DNA of 64,000 bases. Source: Candidatus Babeliales bacterium (lineage in GTDB: Bacteria; Babelota; Babeliae; Babelales; Vermiphilaceae). Positions 1-10,141 of this stretch are shown here, piece by piece; position 1 is the first letter of the stretch; each line of letters begins with the position of its first letter. Location of the stretch: contig CAVUQO010000002.1 in the NCBI GenBank assembly GCA_963743635.1, forward strand, positions 128,001 through 192,000, read 5' to 3'. The position numbers were made by a program, and so were the translations under genes. The notes beneath the pieces were generated by a model. It was not told where the DNA came from and did no database searches. It worked only from the letters and a program-made list of their open reading frames with translations.

Positions 1-389
1 TTCAGATTATTGGTCGAGCCGCGCGAAATACTGAATCGCAAGTGGTTCTTTATTCCGATCAAATTACCCGCTCAATGAAGCTGGCACTGGATGAAACAAA
101 TCGCCGGCGTGAATTACAGCAAAAATATAATGAGCAGCATGGCATTACACCGCAGAGTGTAAAACGCGAAGTGACCAAGAGTATCGTCAATATTCAGGAA
201 GCGATTGCTAAGGCATCTAAAGCCGGCAAATCAAAAAAGAAAGCGCTGTCTGAACAAGAAACAAAGCTACAACTTTTCGAGCTTGAGCGTGATATGCAGC
301 GTGCGGCTGAAGAGCTTGATTTTGAAAAAGCGATTGCGTTGCGCGCTGAATGGCACAAGCTGCGTAAAGAGCAAGGCTACACCGACTAG
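1..389 (+). CDS. uvrB: Excinuclease ABC subunit B, C-terminal part (5' truncated by window)
   Basis: Frame from nt 3 reads QIIGRAARN...ETNRRRELQ..YN..HGITP; C-terminal UVR motif MQRAAEELDFEKAIALR. Confidence 0.95.
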   Translation, partial: QIIGRAARNTESQVVLYSDQITRSMKLALDETNRRRELQQKYNEQHGITPQSVKREVTKSIVNIQEAIAKASKAGKSKKKALSEQETKLQLFELERDMQRAAEELDFEKAIALRAEWHKLRKEQGYTD

Positions 390-493
390 CTTTTTTACTT
401 TTATCCTAGAATGCTTTATTCTGATTTTATATTCACCCGCCTTGATTTGCGGGTTTTGTAATTTTAAAAAGATTTTCTACAAAAAGGAGCAGT

Positions 494-2605
494 ATGAATT
501 TTGGGTATTATGCGTTAGTGGCATTGGCCGCTGCGGGCATTATAAGTTTTTTTTATAAGGATAAAGTTATGGATATGATGCATACACGAGCGGCCGCACA
601 CTCGCCGATACATGCCGGATTTTTACAGACTCGAGAAGATTTAAAAGTATTATTTCCGCACACAGTTCGTGAGATAGAAGATCGCACTGCCGCAGCGCTT
701 GCTGATGGAAAATCGCGTGTTACACAGATTCTTGCGATACCGGCAGATCAACGCAGCTATCTCAATACTATGGATACTTTTGATCAATTATGCGCATTCT
801 CTCCTATTTCTATATTCCATCAAATTGCTGAATTGACCAGCATGGTACACCCGGATGAGCAAATACGTGATGCATCGCGCGAAGCAAGTAAGCGCATCTC
901 GGCGTTCTTCGTTGATGAAATAGCTAATAATAAGCCATTGTATGAGGCAATCAAGGCTTATGCGGGCAGCACTCAGGAACCATTGTCGGATGAGCAGCGC
1001 TATTTTATCAAAGAAACGCTTGCCGATTTTAAGCGTGGTGGTCTTGAATTGTCCGATGAAAGGCGCGCGGTTGTTGCAGGATTGCAAAAAGAATTAGCTG
1101 ATTTGGGTATTGCATTTGAAATGAATATTGCGGCAGATGATAAAACTGCAATTGTATCAAAAGAAGGGCTTGCGGGTCTTGATGATGACTTTATCGAGAA
1201 GCTCAAAAAAACCGATGATGGCAACTATGTATTAACGACCGACTATCCGACGTATTATCGCGTTATGGAGAATTGCCGTGTTGCAGATACGCGCAAAAAA
1301 CTTTCTCGAACTTTTGAAAATCGGGCTTATCCGATTAATGAAGGGGTTCTAAAAACAATTATTGCAAAGCGTGATCAGCTTGCGCGTGAACTTGGTTTTG
1401 CGAGTTATGCAGATTTGGATTTGGACAGTCAAATGGTAAAAAATCAGCAAACTGCAGAAAATTTTTTAAATGAGTTGTTGAAACGCTCTGCACCAAAAGA
1501 AGCTCGTGAATTTAAAGAATGGACGGCTGAATTGCCAGAATCAGTAACACTGACCGCCGATGGCAAACTCGAATCATGCGACAGGGCTTATGTATGCGCA
1601 CAGTATAAGAAAAAGCACTTTAATCTTGATGAGCGTGAAATTGCAAATTACTTCCCTATGGAAAAGACGGTGCAAAGCTTGTTCCGTATTTATGAAGAGT
1701 TTATGGGGCTTTCATTTGTGATCAAACCGGCTCACGATTTATGGCATAAAGATTTGCAAGTAATTGAAGCATATGATGCTGCAACGCAAAAATTACTAGG
1801 TTATTTACTCATCGATTTGTATCCACGTCCTAATAAATTCACGCATGCTTGTCAGATTACTGTTGTGCCATCAGTGATATTCGCAGATGGGCGTCAACCA
1901 TATAACGTATCACTTGTGATTGCGAATTTCGCGCAGTCAACGCCAACTAAACCGTCATTATTGACTCGCAGTGATGTTACGACGTTCTTCCATGAATTTG
2001 GACACGCGCTCCACTCATTATTGGGCAGAACCAAGATCGCATCATTCTCAGGCACGCATGTAAAGACCGATTTTGTTGAAATGCCATCGCAAATGCTTGA
2101 AGAATGGATGCATGAACCGGACGTTTTAAAACAAGTGAGTTCTCACTATTTGACCGGTGAGCCACTTTCAGATGAGCTTATTGGTAATATTATTGCCTCA
2201 AAACATTTTGATACGGGCTCATTTGTGCAACGCCAAGCCTATCTTGCCTTACTTTCATTGAATTATTACAAAGCAGGTGCCGATAAAAATCTAGATGCCA
2301 TTATGAAAGATCTTTACATCCGTACGCGTCCGCACGTGGCCTATGATGATCAGACGCACATGTATGCAGCATTTGGCCATTTGAACGGTTATGGCGCGAA
2401 GTATTACGGCTATATGTGGTCTAAAGTATTTGCTCTCGATCTTTTTGATACCATTAAAAAACATCATTTTGAGCGAGAGATTGGCAAAAAATATGTAACC
2501 GAAATTTTAAGCAAAGGCGGTAGCAAGGATCCCATGGAATTGCTGGTTGCATTCTTGGGCCGCGAGCCACAACAAGATGCATTCTTTAAGGATCTTGGAT
2601 TGTAA
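494..2605 (+). CDS. M3A family zinc oligopeptidase (thimet oligopeptidase/OpdA-like) with N-terminal hydrophobic segment
   Basis: FHEFGHALH zinc motif, DFVEMPSQMLEEW, FGHL.GYGAKYYGYMWS, FLGREP; RBS AAGGAG upstream. Confidence 0.93.
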   Translation: MNFGYYALVALAAAGIISFFYKDKVMDMMHTRAAAHSPIHAGFLQTREDLKVLFPHTVREIEDRTAAALADGKSRVTQILAIPADQRSYLNTMDTFDQLCAFSPISIFHQIAELTSMVHPDEQIRDASREASKRISAFFVDEIANNKPLYEAIKAYAGSTQEPLSDEQRYFIKETLADFKRGGLELSDERRAVVAGLQKELADLGIAFEMNIAADDKTAIVSKEGLAGLDDDFIEKLKKTDDGNYVLTTDYPTYYRVMENCRVADTRKKLSRTFENRAYPINEGVLKTIIAKRDQLARELGFASYADLDLDSQMVKNQQTAENFLNELLKRSAPKEAREFKEWTAELPESVTLTADGKLESCDRAYVCAQYKKKHFNLDEREIANYFPMEKTVQSLFRIYEEFMGLSFVIKPAHDLWHKDLQVIEAYDAATQKLLGYLLIDLYPRPNKFTHACQITVVPSVIFADGRQPYNVSLVIANFAQSTPTKPSLLTRSDVTTFFHEFGHALHSLLGRTKIASFSGTHVKTDFVEMPSQMLEEWMHEPDVLKQVSSHYLTGEPLSDELIGNIIASKHFDTGSFVQRQAYLALLSLNYYKAGADKNLDAIMKDLYIRTRPHVAYDDQTHMYAAFGHLNGYGAKYYGYMWSKVFALDLFDTIKKHHFEREIGKKYVTEILSKGGSKDPMELLVAFLGREPQQDAFFKDLGL

Positions 2606-2657
2606 TTGTTCATTCAGTAGGAATTGATTTTCACGATAATTAAAAAAAGGAACGAGT

Positions 2658-4781
2658 ATGAATATGAACTTATATGCAAAAACAACGTTGGCGATATTAG
2701 GAATAGCGGGAGTATCTTATATGCAGGGCGAAACGCAGGGGAACTGCATTCAACACGAAGTATCGCAGAGCGCAGTTGCGCACGTGCGATCTGGTCTCTT
2801 AAGAAGTGAGCATGATCTTGTGCTCTTATTCCCGCATACCGTGGCCGATATTCAAGAACGTACCGATGAAGCGCTTGCAGACGCGTATGCTCGTTTGGCC
2901 GCAATTATTGCAGTGCCGAATGATGAACGCACCTATGATAATACGATGCGCGCATTTGACCAATTGTGTGGCTTTTCATCGCTCTCAATTTTTCGTAAAA
3001 TTGCGGAGCTTGTGAGTATGGTCTACTCGGATGCAGCGATTCGTGATACTGCGCGCGAAGCAAGTAAAAAAATGACGGCTTTTTTCGTTGATGAAATTAG
3101 TAATAATGAAGCGTTATATAATGCGATTAAGGCATATGCAGCGACTGCTCAAGAGCCATTATCTGATGAACAGCGCTATTACATCACTGAAACAATCAGC
3201 ACATTTAAACGTGGTGGCCTTGAATTGCCTGCTGATAAACGAGCAATCATTGCCGGTATCAAGAAAGAGCTTGCTGATTTGAATATTGCTTTCAATAAAA
3301 ATATTGCCGCAGACAATAAAACGGTAGTGGTTGCAAAAGAAGGACTTGCAGGCCTTACGGATGATTTCATCGCAGGTCTTAAGCAGACTGAAGATGGGCA
3401 CTATGTTTTGACGACCGATTATCCTACTGCCTTTGGTGTAATGCAGGACTGCGTCGTTGAAAAAACGCGTGAAGAGCTTTGTCGTATTTTTGATAATCGC
3501 GGTTATCCAGCTAATGAAGGCGTGCTTAAGGCTATTATTGCAAAACGTGATGCACTTGCGCATGAGCTTGGCTTTGAAAGTTACGCGCATCTCGATCTTG
3601 ATGATCAGATGGTAAAACATCCGAGCAAAGCAGAGACATTTTTGGATGAATTGGTAAAACGATCTACCATCAAAGAAAATGCAGAATTTAAAGAACTTAC
3701 TGCTGAATTGCCAGAATCAGTTACGCTGACTGCTGATGGAAAACTCAAGCCATGGGACAGCGCATACGTTACTACGCAGTACAAGAAAAAACAGTTCAAT
3801 CTCGACGAACGAATCGTTGCAGAGTATTTCTCGATGGAACACACGGTACAGCGTTTATTGAATATTTATGAACAATTCATGGGGCTTTCATTTAAGGTCA
3901 AATCAGCAGAGAATCTGTGGCATGAAGACGTAAAACTCATTGAAGCATACGATGCATCAACGCATAAACTGCTCGGCTATTTGCTCTTGGATTTACATCC
4001 GCGGCCAAATAAATATACCCATGCATGCCATGGCAATATTGTACCATCCGTGAGATTTTCAAATGGTTCTGAACCTTTTATGGTTTCGATAGTTATTGCT
4101 AATTTTCCGAAATCAACTGTAACGAAACCGTCATTATTAAAGCGCGAAGATGTACGTGTATTCTTTCATGAGTTTGGCCATGCATTGCACGGCTTATTGG
4201 GCAGAACACCAACCGCATCATATTCAGGTACACGCGTAAAAACTGATTTCGTTGAAATGCCTTCTATAATGCTTGAGGAATGGTTATGGGAAAGGGATGT
4301 GTTGAAACAAGTGAGTGCCCATTATGTAACGGGCGAGCCTCTTTCAGATGCATTGATTGAAAGTATTCTCGCATCAAAACATTGTAACACCGGTTCATTT
4401 GTGCAGCGTCAGGCATCCCTTGCGCTCATTTCATTAAATTATTACAAAGCGGGTGCTCATAAGGATGTTGACGCAATTATGCGTGATCTTTCTCTGCGTA
4501 CACGCCCGAACGTGGCTTACGATGATGAAACGCATAAGTACGCATCGTTTGGCCATTTGACCGGCTATGGCGCGAAATATTATAGCTATATGTGGGCTAA
4601 GGTATTTGCGCTCGATCTTTTTGATACCATTAAAAAGCATGGCTTGAGCCCTGAAATCGGCAAGAAATATGTTGATGAAGTGCTCAGCAAAGGCGGCAGC
4701 AAGGATCCAATGGATTTATTGGTTGCTTTCTTGGGGCGTGAGCCACAACAAGATGCATTCTTTAAGGATCTTGGATTGTAA
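2658..4781 (+). CDS. Second tandem M3A oligopeptidase paralog with signal peptide
   Basis: FHEFGHALH, DFVEMPSIMLEEW; colinear with upstream paralog, identical last residues FLGREPQQDAFFKDLGL. Confidence 0.93.
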   Translation: MNMNLYAKTTLAILGIAGVSYMQGETQGNCIQHEVSQSAVAHVRSGLLRSEHDLVLLFPHTVADIQERTDEALADAYARLAAIIAVPNDERTYDNTMRAFDQLCGFSSLSIFRKIAELVSMVYSDAAIRDTAREASKKMTAFFVDEISNNEALYNAIKAYAATAQEPLSDEQRYYITETISTFKRGGLELPADKRAIIAGIKKELADLNIAFNKNIAADNKTVVVAKEGLAGLTDDFIAGLKQTEDGHYVLTTDYPTAFGVMQDCVVEKTREELCRIFDNRGYPANEGVLKAIIAKRDALAHELGFESYAHLDLDDQMVKHPSKAETFLDELVKRSTIKENAEFKELTAELPESVTLTADGKLKPWDSAYVTTQYKKKQFNLDERIVAEYFSMEHTVQRLLNIYEQFMGLSFKVKSAENLWHEDVKLIEAYDASTHKLLGYLLLDLHPRPNKYTHACHGNIVPSVRFSNGSEPFMVSIVIANFPKSTVTKPSLLKREDVRVFFHEFGHALHGLLGRTPTASYSGTRVKTDFVEMPSIMLEEWLWERDVLKQVSAHYVTGEPLSDALIESILASKHCNTGSFVQRQASLALISLNYYKAGAHKDVDAIMRDLSLRTRPNVAYDDETHKYASFGHLTGYGAKYYSYMWAKVFALDLFDTIKKHGLSPEIGKKYVDEVLSKGGSKDPMDLLVAFLGREPQQDAFFKDLGL

Positions 4782-4795
4782 GCTATAAATAATAG

Positions 4796-4842
4796 ATAGG
4801 GCATGTGTTTGGAAATCCTAAAATACATGCCCTATTTTTTTT
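4796..4842 (+). terminator. Rho-independent terminator after the M3 pair
   Basis: ATAGGGCATGT...ACATGCCCTAT stem followed by T-run. Confidence 0.75.
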
Positions 4843-4994
4843 CTCTCGTGCACCTTTTTCTAAAATCACATTTGATTCATTTACACAATTTTATCTCAGT
4901 TTTTGAGTGAATGTTGATAACGGTATACTTTTTTATGCTGTCTCGATAAACTACTAAAAAAGAGTAGTATAAAAACGTAAAATCCGGGCATACA

Positions 4995-5585
4995 GTGGAG
5001 AAGAAGCATACTGGTATCGTCGTAAAACGATACTTTCCTCAAAAACAAAAAATCGTACTATTTGATGATGAATTGGGTAAGATCACGTGCGTTCCGCCGC
5101 ACGATCGCATTTCATTAGGCACACTGCTGAGTTACGAGATACAACCGCGCAAACCGATGGCGTTCATCTATGATGTTGAACTCATTGCGATGCCGCTTGA
5201 TGGTCTTGAGATGGACATTCTCTTTGTGCACCATGTGCTTGAAGTGTGTTATTATTTCATTCCTGAGCAAAGTACCGCACCAGATGTGTATGATATTATG
5301 ATGTTATTATTTACAAAACAGGCCTGTATACGCCATCCATTTTTTAAAAAAATTTTTTTATTTAAATTATTTGCGCTGCTTGGTATATATCCAGACAGGA
5401 CGGTTCCTATGGATGCGCTTATGCATCGATTGCTTGTGGATCCGCTTGATATACTGATACGTGGCGATGAAACGTATGAACTCGAGCGTCGATTAACCAA
5501 ATGGCTGCGTGATTGTATGATTATGCACCCTTGTATAGAATATTTTAGAACAGTTCATTTTTTAGATGAGAATAGGGTAGTATGA
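4995..5585 (+). CDS. RecO-like DNA repair protein (divergent)
   Basis: N-terminal GIVVKR...KIVLFDDELGKI resembles RecO OB fold; FLFKLFALLGIYP resembles the RecO helical motif; GTG start. Confidence 0.55.
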   Translation: MEKKHTGIVVKRYFPQKQKIVLFDDELGKITCVPPHDRISLGTLLSYEIQPRKPMAFIYDVELIAMPLDGLEMDILFVHHVLEVCYYFIPEQSTAPDVYDIMMLLFTKQACIRHPFFKKIFLFKLFALLGIYPDRTVPMDALMHRLLVDPLDILIRGDETYELERRLTKWLRDCMIMHPCIEYFRTVHFLDENRVV

Positions 5586-8500
5586 AAACACTACATAACC
5601 TACTATTGAGCGTATTATTGCTTGGCTCTGCTGCAACTATTACTGCATCATTGCCAGTTTTAGGAACCCTGGAAGAGGCAGGCAAAAAATTATTGCCGGT
5701 AGAACTTGAGAAAAGAAAAGCAGAGCAACTTGAAGGTCTGAGAAAAGAAAAACAGGCGCTTGAAGATGGCAAAAAAGAATTCGATGAGCATACCACAGGG
5801 CTTTTAAACGAGCTGAAAACGCAGGTTGATCAGGTTAAATCCATTCTTGAAAAAGATCCGGATAATGATTTCCTGGTGAAAACATTGAGTCTGCTCAATA
5901 CGCTGCAACAGATTGTCAGAGATCTCAAAGAAGAGCGCGATCAGTTAGTAAGTACCATTGATCAGCACATCAAGATATTACAAGATTATTTGCTCGATCC
6001 TCAATTGGAAAACTATCAGAAAAAAGAACTAAAAATTGGTGAGCGCCCGGTCTATTCGTTTGCTGATTTACAAATGCTTTATGAGCGGACGGTTAAGCTT
6101 AAAAAGCGTCTCGATGAGTTGAATCAAAAAGAAAAGAACATTAACGCGCAGCTTGAAAATCGCAAAAAGAGTGCAACGGCAGCTATTGAAGAGTTCAAGA
6201 AAAAGCAGGAAGCATACGAGAAGCAGAAAAAAAATGAGCAGCACATCGGTGATTCCTTGGAATTATCACTGCAACAACGGGATGAATTATTCAAGCTTGA
6301 ACGGCAAGTATTTGAAGAGCGCACCGAGCTTGATAATCGCAGACAAGCGATCATCGAGCATCAAATTGAAATGATTAAATCGCAGATTTTTATTGAGCGA
6401 GCGCAGCTTGATGTGGTCAAGGATGTGTTGCGTCGAGTAAAGCCTGCAATTCGGGTCAGTGAATCGGAAATTACCCAAGCAAAAGATGCGCTATCACGGC
6501 GCAAACAACAATTATTTAAAGATAAAGAGCCGATTCGGCATGAGCTAGAAGAGGCGGATGCTCGCTTTAAAAAGCTTGATCAGATGCTTGATGAGCTGAG
6601 CAAAAAAAACAACATCGTTATTGGGCCCGATGTAGATGATTGGAGTCGGCTGCCACGGCAAACGTTATCCGCTTTCATGGCATTTATCGAGGTTGCTACC
6701 CTCAATGCTCAAAAGCTCCTGATGCAGCGCAGCAAGGCGTTACAAGAAACGCGGCTTTTACTTGAAGATGAAAAGTTACGGCTTGATGATATCAAGGTGG
6801 AAATTCAAGAAACATTTTTCATGCTCTCTTCAAAAAAGGATCTTTCTGAAGACGAGGTAAAGCGTGAAATCAAAAAATATGATAAGCCACGCGCGGACGT
6901 TGAAGAATATTCATCGCGATATACCGAATTACGCAGTGCGACTGAGGGTCAACTTGAAGGTCAAAAGCGTGCGCTTGATAATATTGCAAAACTTAAAGAA
7001 CGTCTCGAGCAGAGTAGAGATACTATTTTTCAGGGTCATGCTGATGAATATGCGCAAGCAGTAGAGTTGCTTGCAAAGGCAGAAGAAAGTGTGAAGCAGC
7101 AAGTAGAGCTGCTCAATAAGGCACTCAGCAATTACGTCGATATTTTGAGTTACCTTCTGAGTATTGGTAAACATATTGAGTTTATCACTGGAGAATTGAG
7201 CAGTGTTGTTTTGTGGCAGCGTCCCGAAGTGGCTATTTCATGGTCAGACATTCAAACCATTTCTCCCGATATTCAAACTTTTATCGCAGGCTTACAAAAC
7301 TATCTCGCGGGATTTGATTTTGGCATTCTACTGACGCAAGTTGGCGCCCTCTTTAGCACGCCTTTTGATATGATGATAGCGATTTTGTTCCTTATTCTTT
7401 TCGGTTTATTCCTTTGGCTTTTGCGCCGGTATATCCCGTACATTATCGCGCGGCTTAAAGTTTCATTGCTTGATGCTGCAGGTATGTCGTTATTCTTTGG
7501 GGTTATAGTGGAATTTGTCGTGCAGCACTTGGTTTCCATTGTAATATGGGGCCTCATGTTTGGATTATTCCAAATGTATGTGATGCCAGACATATATTAT
7601 TACGTCCTCTTTTATCTCCTTTCGATTCCATATCTGCTGTATTTGGCAAATCGCTTTATACGATTATTCGTGCAATTTAATAAAGATATGGGGTATCCAT
7701 TTGTTGCGCAGGATTTTCAAAGCCGCATCGAATTAGTTCTTTCAACGCTGTTATATTCAACGATCACGATCTTTTTCTTTAGAGAAGCATTCATTTTGGT
7801 CAGCTCAGGCAGATCAAAATTACCCATCATATTGCTTGCACTGAACTTTATTATTCTGCAGATATCGCTCATCTTGATCTTATCAAAAGAGCAGATTTTG
7901 AGCGTTATTCCGGATAATCGTCCATTTTGGCAATGGGTTTATGCGCAAGTTAACAAATATTATTATCTGATTCTTTCATTCGTAATTGCGATGATCGTGA
8001 TGAGTAACCCCTATGTTGGGTTTGGCTTTCTCGTGCGTCATATTCTCTTTAGGTCTATTTACACGGCATTTTCATTAATTGTCTTATATCAGATTCATCT
8101 CATTATTAAACGACGCATTTCTTATATTTTTTTTGATGCTGAGCAAGACGTGGTACGCGAACGATTTGGACAATCAAAAACGTGGTATGGCGCAACCGTT
8201 ATCGCATTATTTCTGATCTTTATTTTCACGGGCATCGTTATTTGCGCGCGCATTTGGGGTTGGCCAGAAACATTGGCAAGCATTAAATCGTGGGCTGATG
8301 TGCAAGAAATTCTTAAAACAGAAATTATGTTTAGAGATACCACTGCTCCAATATCAGTCAGTTCATTGATTCAAATTTTACTTTTCTTCGTAGGTGGGTC
8401 GCTCGTTTCATTCGCCTTGAACCGCTTAGTGCTCGCAAAAATATTTAATGTTTTGCTCGTAGATGCGGGCGTGCAGAACGCTGTTGCAAGCATTATGCGC

Positions 8501-9196
8501 TATGTCATTCTGGCTGCATCAATCATTATCGGTTTTGAATCGGTGAGGCTCCATAATGTGGTACAGATATTCCTCGGGGCATTACTTTTGAGTATTGGTT
8601 GGATTATTAAAGATCCAATGAGCGATTTTATCGCCTACTTTATTATTCTCGTGCAGCGGCCGTTAAAGGTGGGGGATTACGTCTGTATCGATCCAGAAGC
8701 GATTGGGGTGGTCCGCAAAATTACTGCGCGTTCCGTGGTAATCAGACGTAAAAATAGTACGACGGTAATTGTGCCGAACACGCGCATTATTAATCAGCCA
8801 GTCGTTAACTGGAACTATGTACGCAGCTTTATTGCGTTTGATGATATTCTGCTGACCGTATCGCATAAGGAAGATCCAGGCCGCGTTAAAGAATTATTGC
8901 ATAAAGTACTCGATGAAAGTCCATATGTACTGAAAAGTCCGAAACCAATGATTCGCTTTGAAGCATTTAGCGATTTTGGATTCACGTTTTTAGTGCGTGG
9001 CTTTTTAAGCTCCAATTACACTCTAGAGCAATTTGAAATTGCGAGTGACGTACGCATCGAAATTGTGCGTACCTTACGTGCCAATAAAATCGAACTTGCA
9101 GTACCAGTCCGTGTGGTCTACGAGCGAGATGGCTCGCGCATGAGCCCTAGTGGCCTTCCATTCATGGATGATATCACCCACATGCAAGAGAAATAA
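5582..9196 (+). CDS. Large MscS/MscK-type mechanosensitive channel
   Basis: Signal peptide, ~500-aa coiled coil, ~11 TM helices, C-terminal MscS motifs QRPLKVGD, GVVRKITARS, IVPN; ATGA overlap with upstream gene. Confidence 0.88.
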   Translation: MKTLHNLLLSVLLLGSAATITASLPVLGTLEEAGKKLLPVELEKRKAEQLEGLRKEKQALEDGKKEFDEHTTGLLNELKTQVDQVKSILEKDPDNDFLVKTLSLLNTLQQIVRDLKEERDQLVSTIDQHIKILQDYLLDPQLENYQKKELKIGERPVYSFADLQMLYERTVKLKKRLDELNQKEKNINAQLENRKKSATAAIEEFKKKQEAYEKQKKNEQHIGDSLELSLQQRDELFKLERQVFEERTELDNRRQAIIEHQIEMIKSQIFIERAQLDVVKDVLRRVKPAIRVSESEITQAKDALSRRKQQLFKDKEPIRHELEEADARFKKLDQMLDELSKKNNIVIGPDVDDWSRLPRQTLSAFMAFIEVATLNAQKLLMQRSKALQETRLLLEDEKLRLDDIKVEIQETFFMLSSKKDLSEDEVKREIKKYDKPRADVEEYSSRYTELRSATEGQLEGQKRALDNIAKLKERLEQSRDTIFQGHADEYAQAVELLAKAEESVKQQVELLNKALSNYVDILSYLLSIGKHIEFITGELSSVVLWQRPEVAISWSDIQTISPDIQTFIAGLQNYLAGFDFGILLTQVGALFSTPFDMMIAILFLILFGLFLWLLRRYIPYIIARLKVSLLDAAGMSLFFGVIVEFVVQHLVSIVIWGLMFGLFQMYVMPDIYYYVLFYLLSIPYLLYLANRFIRLFVQFNKDMGYPFVAQDFQSRIELVLSTLLYSTITIFFFREAFILVSSGRSKLPIILLALNFIILQISLILILSKEQILSVIPDNRPFWQWVYAQVNKYYYLILSFVIAMIVMSNPYVGFGFLVRHILFRSIYTAFSLIVLYQIHLIIKRRISYIFFDAEQDVVRERFGQSKTWYGATVIALFLIFIFTGIVICARIWGWPETLASIKSWADVQEILKTEIMFRDTTAPISVSSLIQILLFFVGGSLVSFALNRLVLAKIFNVLLVDAGVQNAVASIMRYVILAASIIIGFESVRLHNVVQIFLGALLLSIGWIIKDPMSDFIAYFIILVQRPLKVGDYVCIDPEAIGVVRKITARSVVIRRKNSTTVIVPNTRIINQPVVNWNYVRSFIAFDDILLTVSHKEDPGRVKELLHKVLDESPYVLKSPKPMIRFEAFSDFGFTFLVRGFLSSNYTLEQFEIASDVRIEIVRTLRANKIELAVPVRVVYERDGSRMSPSGLPFMDDITHMQEK

Positions 9197-9227
9197 GTAC
9201 ACTGATTTTGGAGATCCCTAAAGAATT

Positions 9228-9259
9228 AAATAAGCGGCTTGTTGAGAGCCGCTTATTTT
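9228..9259. terminator. Bidirectional terminator between convergent genes
   Basis: AAATAAGCGGCT-TGTTGAG-AGCCGCTTATTT. Confidence 0.8.
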
Positions 9260-9261
9260 GT

Positions 9262-9489
9262 TTATGACTTTTGGTTGAACAAAGCCTTAATTTTTTTAGG
9301 GCCATCGAGCTTATAAAAGCCATACACAATCAGGCCGATAGCAATCGCATATACCGCAAGATTAATGATGCTATTCAAGCCTTCTAAAAATACGAAACCT
9401 GCTTTATAGGCAAGCAATAGTAAGCCAGCGAGCATGAGTAAAATGCCTTTGTGCGTTTCAGTTAGTTGGTCGTAGTATTCGGTAAACAT
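9262..9489 (-). CDS. Small two-TM membrane protein
   Basis: 75 aa with two hydrophobic helices; AGGAAG upstream. Confidence 0.7.
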   Translation of the reverse strand: MFTEYYDQLTETHKGILLMLAGLLLLAYKAGFVFLEGLNSIINLAVYAIAIGLIVYGFYKLDGPKKIKALFNQKS

Positions 9490-9595
9490 AGAAACTTCCT
9501 TCTTTTATACGTTTTTAATGTGACAGGTTATATGTAGCATATTTTAAAGCGATGATGGAAGAGTTCGGACTTTTTTGCGTGCAATGGGAACGGGG

Positions 9596-10141
9596 TTATG
9601 ACAAAAACCCGCTTATAGCCCACGGATTACTGAACTCAAGATGATAGTCGAACATAGGCTGCTGATCTACCAGAAATTGCACGTGTGAAATCGTAATATC
9701 GTTTTCTCGGATTGTTTTGAGTAGTCCCTCAATGCGAAGCCATTTGGCATATATGGGTCCATCTTGGGGTAAAAAATTACGATCAAATGAGAGATAGGCG
9801 AGCGTTTTTGGTGGTGAGAGTAAAACCGATTGCAATCTCACGGGTGCAGTGATGAGCCCTTCATCTTCAAGCAGACTGAGCCATGCTTTGCATACTGCTT
9901 CTATGTTTTTATCTTGATCTTGGCTCCAGAGCAATTGTGTGGTTTCCTTGCCCCATTGATCATGTTTCCAAAAAAAGAGCGTTACCTTTTTTTTGCTTGT
10001 GATGGGAGTGGCGTGTTGTTGTTCAGCAGTCTTGCTATATGAAGGTAGCTTGAAAATGATCCAGTTATTGAGCAAAGCGCAGAGTAAAATACCCAGTATG
10101 AAGGTAATGCCTGAAATGAGTGCATAGGTTTTATTCATCAT
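9596..10141 (-). CDS. GerMN-domain-like membrane-anchored protein
   Basis: N-terminal TM, VTLFF, AYLSF, VQFLVD pattern; start adjusted to overlap the amidase stop. Confidence 0.6.
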   Translation of the reverse strand: MMNKTYALISGITFILGILLCALLNNWIIFKLPSYSKTAEQQHATPITSKKKVTLFFWKHDQWGKETTQLLWSQDQDKNIEAVCKAWLSLLEDEGLITAPVRLQSVLLSPPKTLAYLSFDRNFLPQDGPIYAKWLRIEGLLKTIRENDITISHVQFLVDQQPMFDYHLEFSNPWAISGFLS

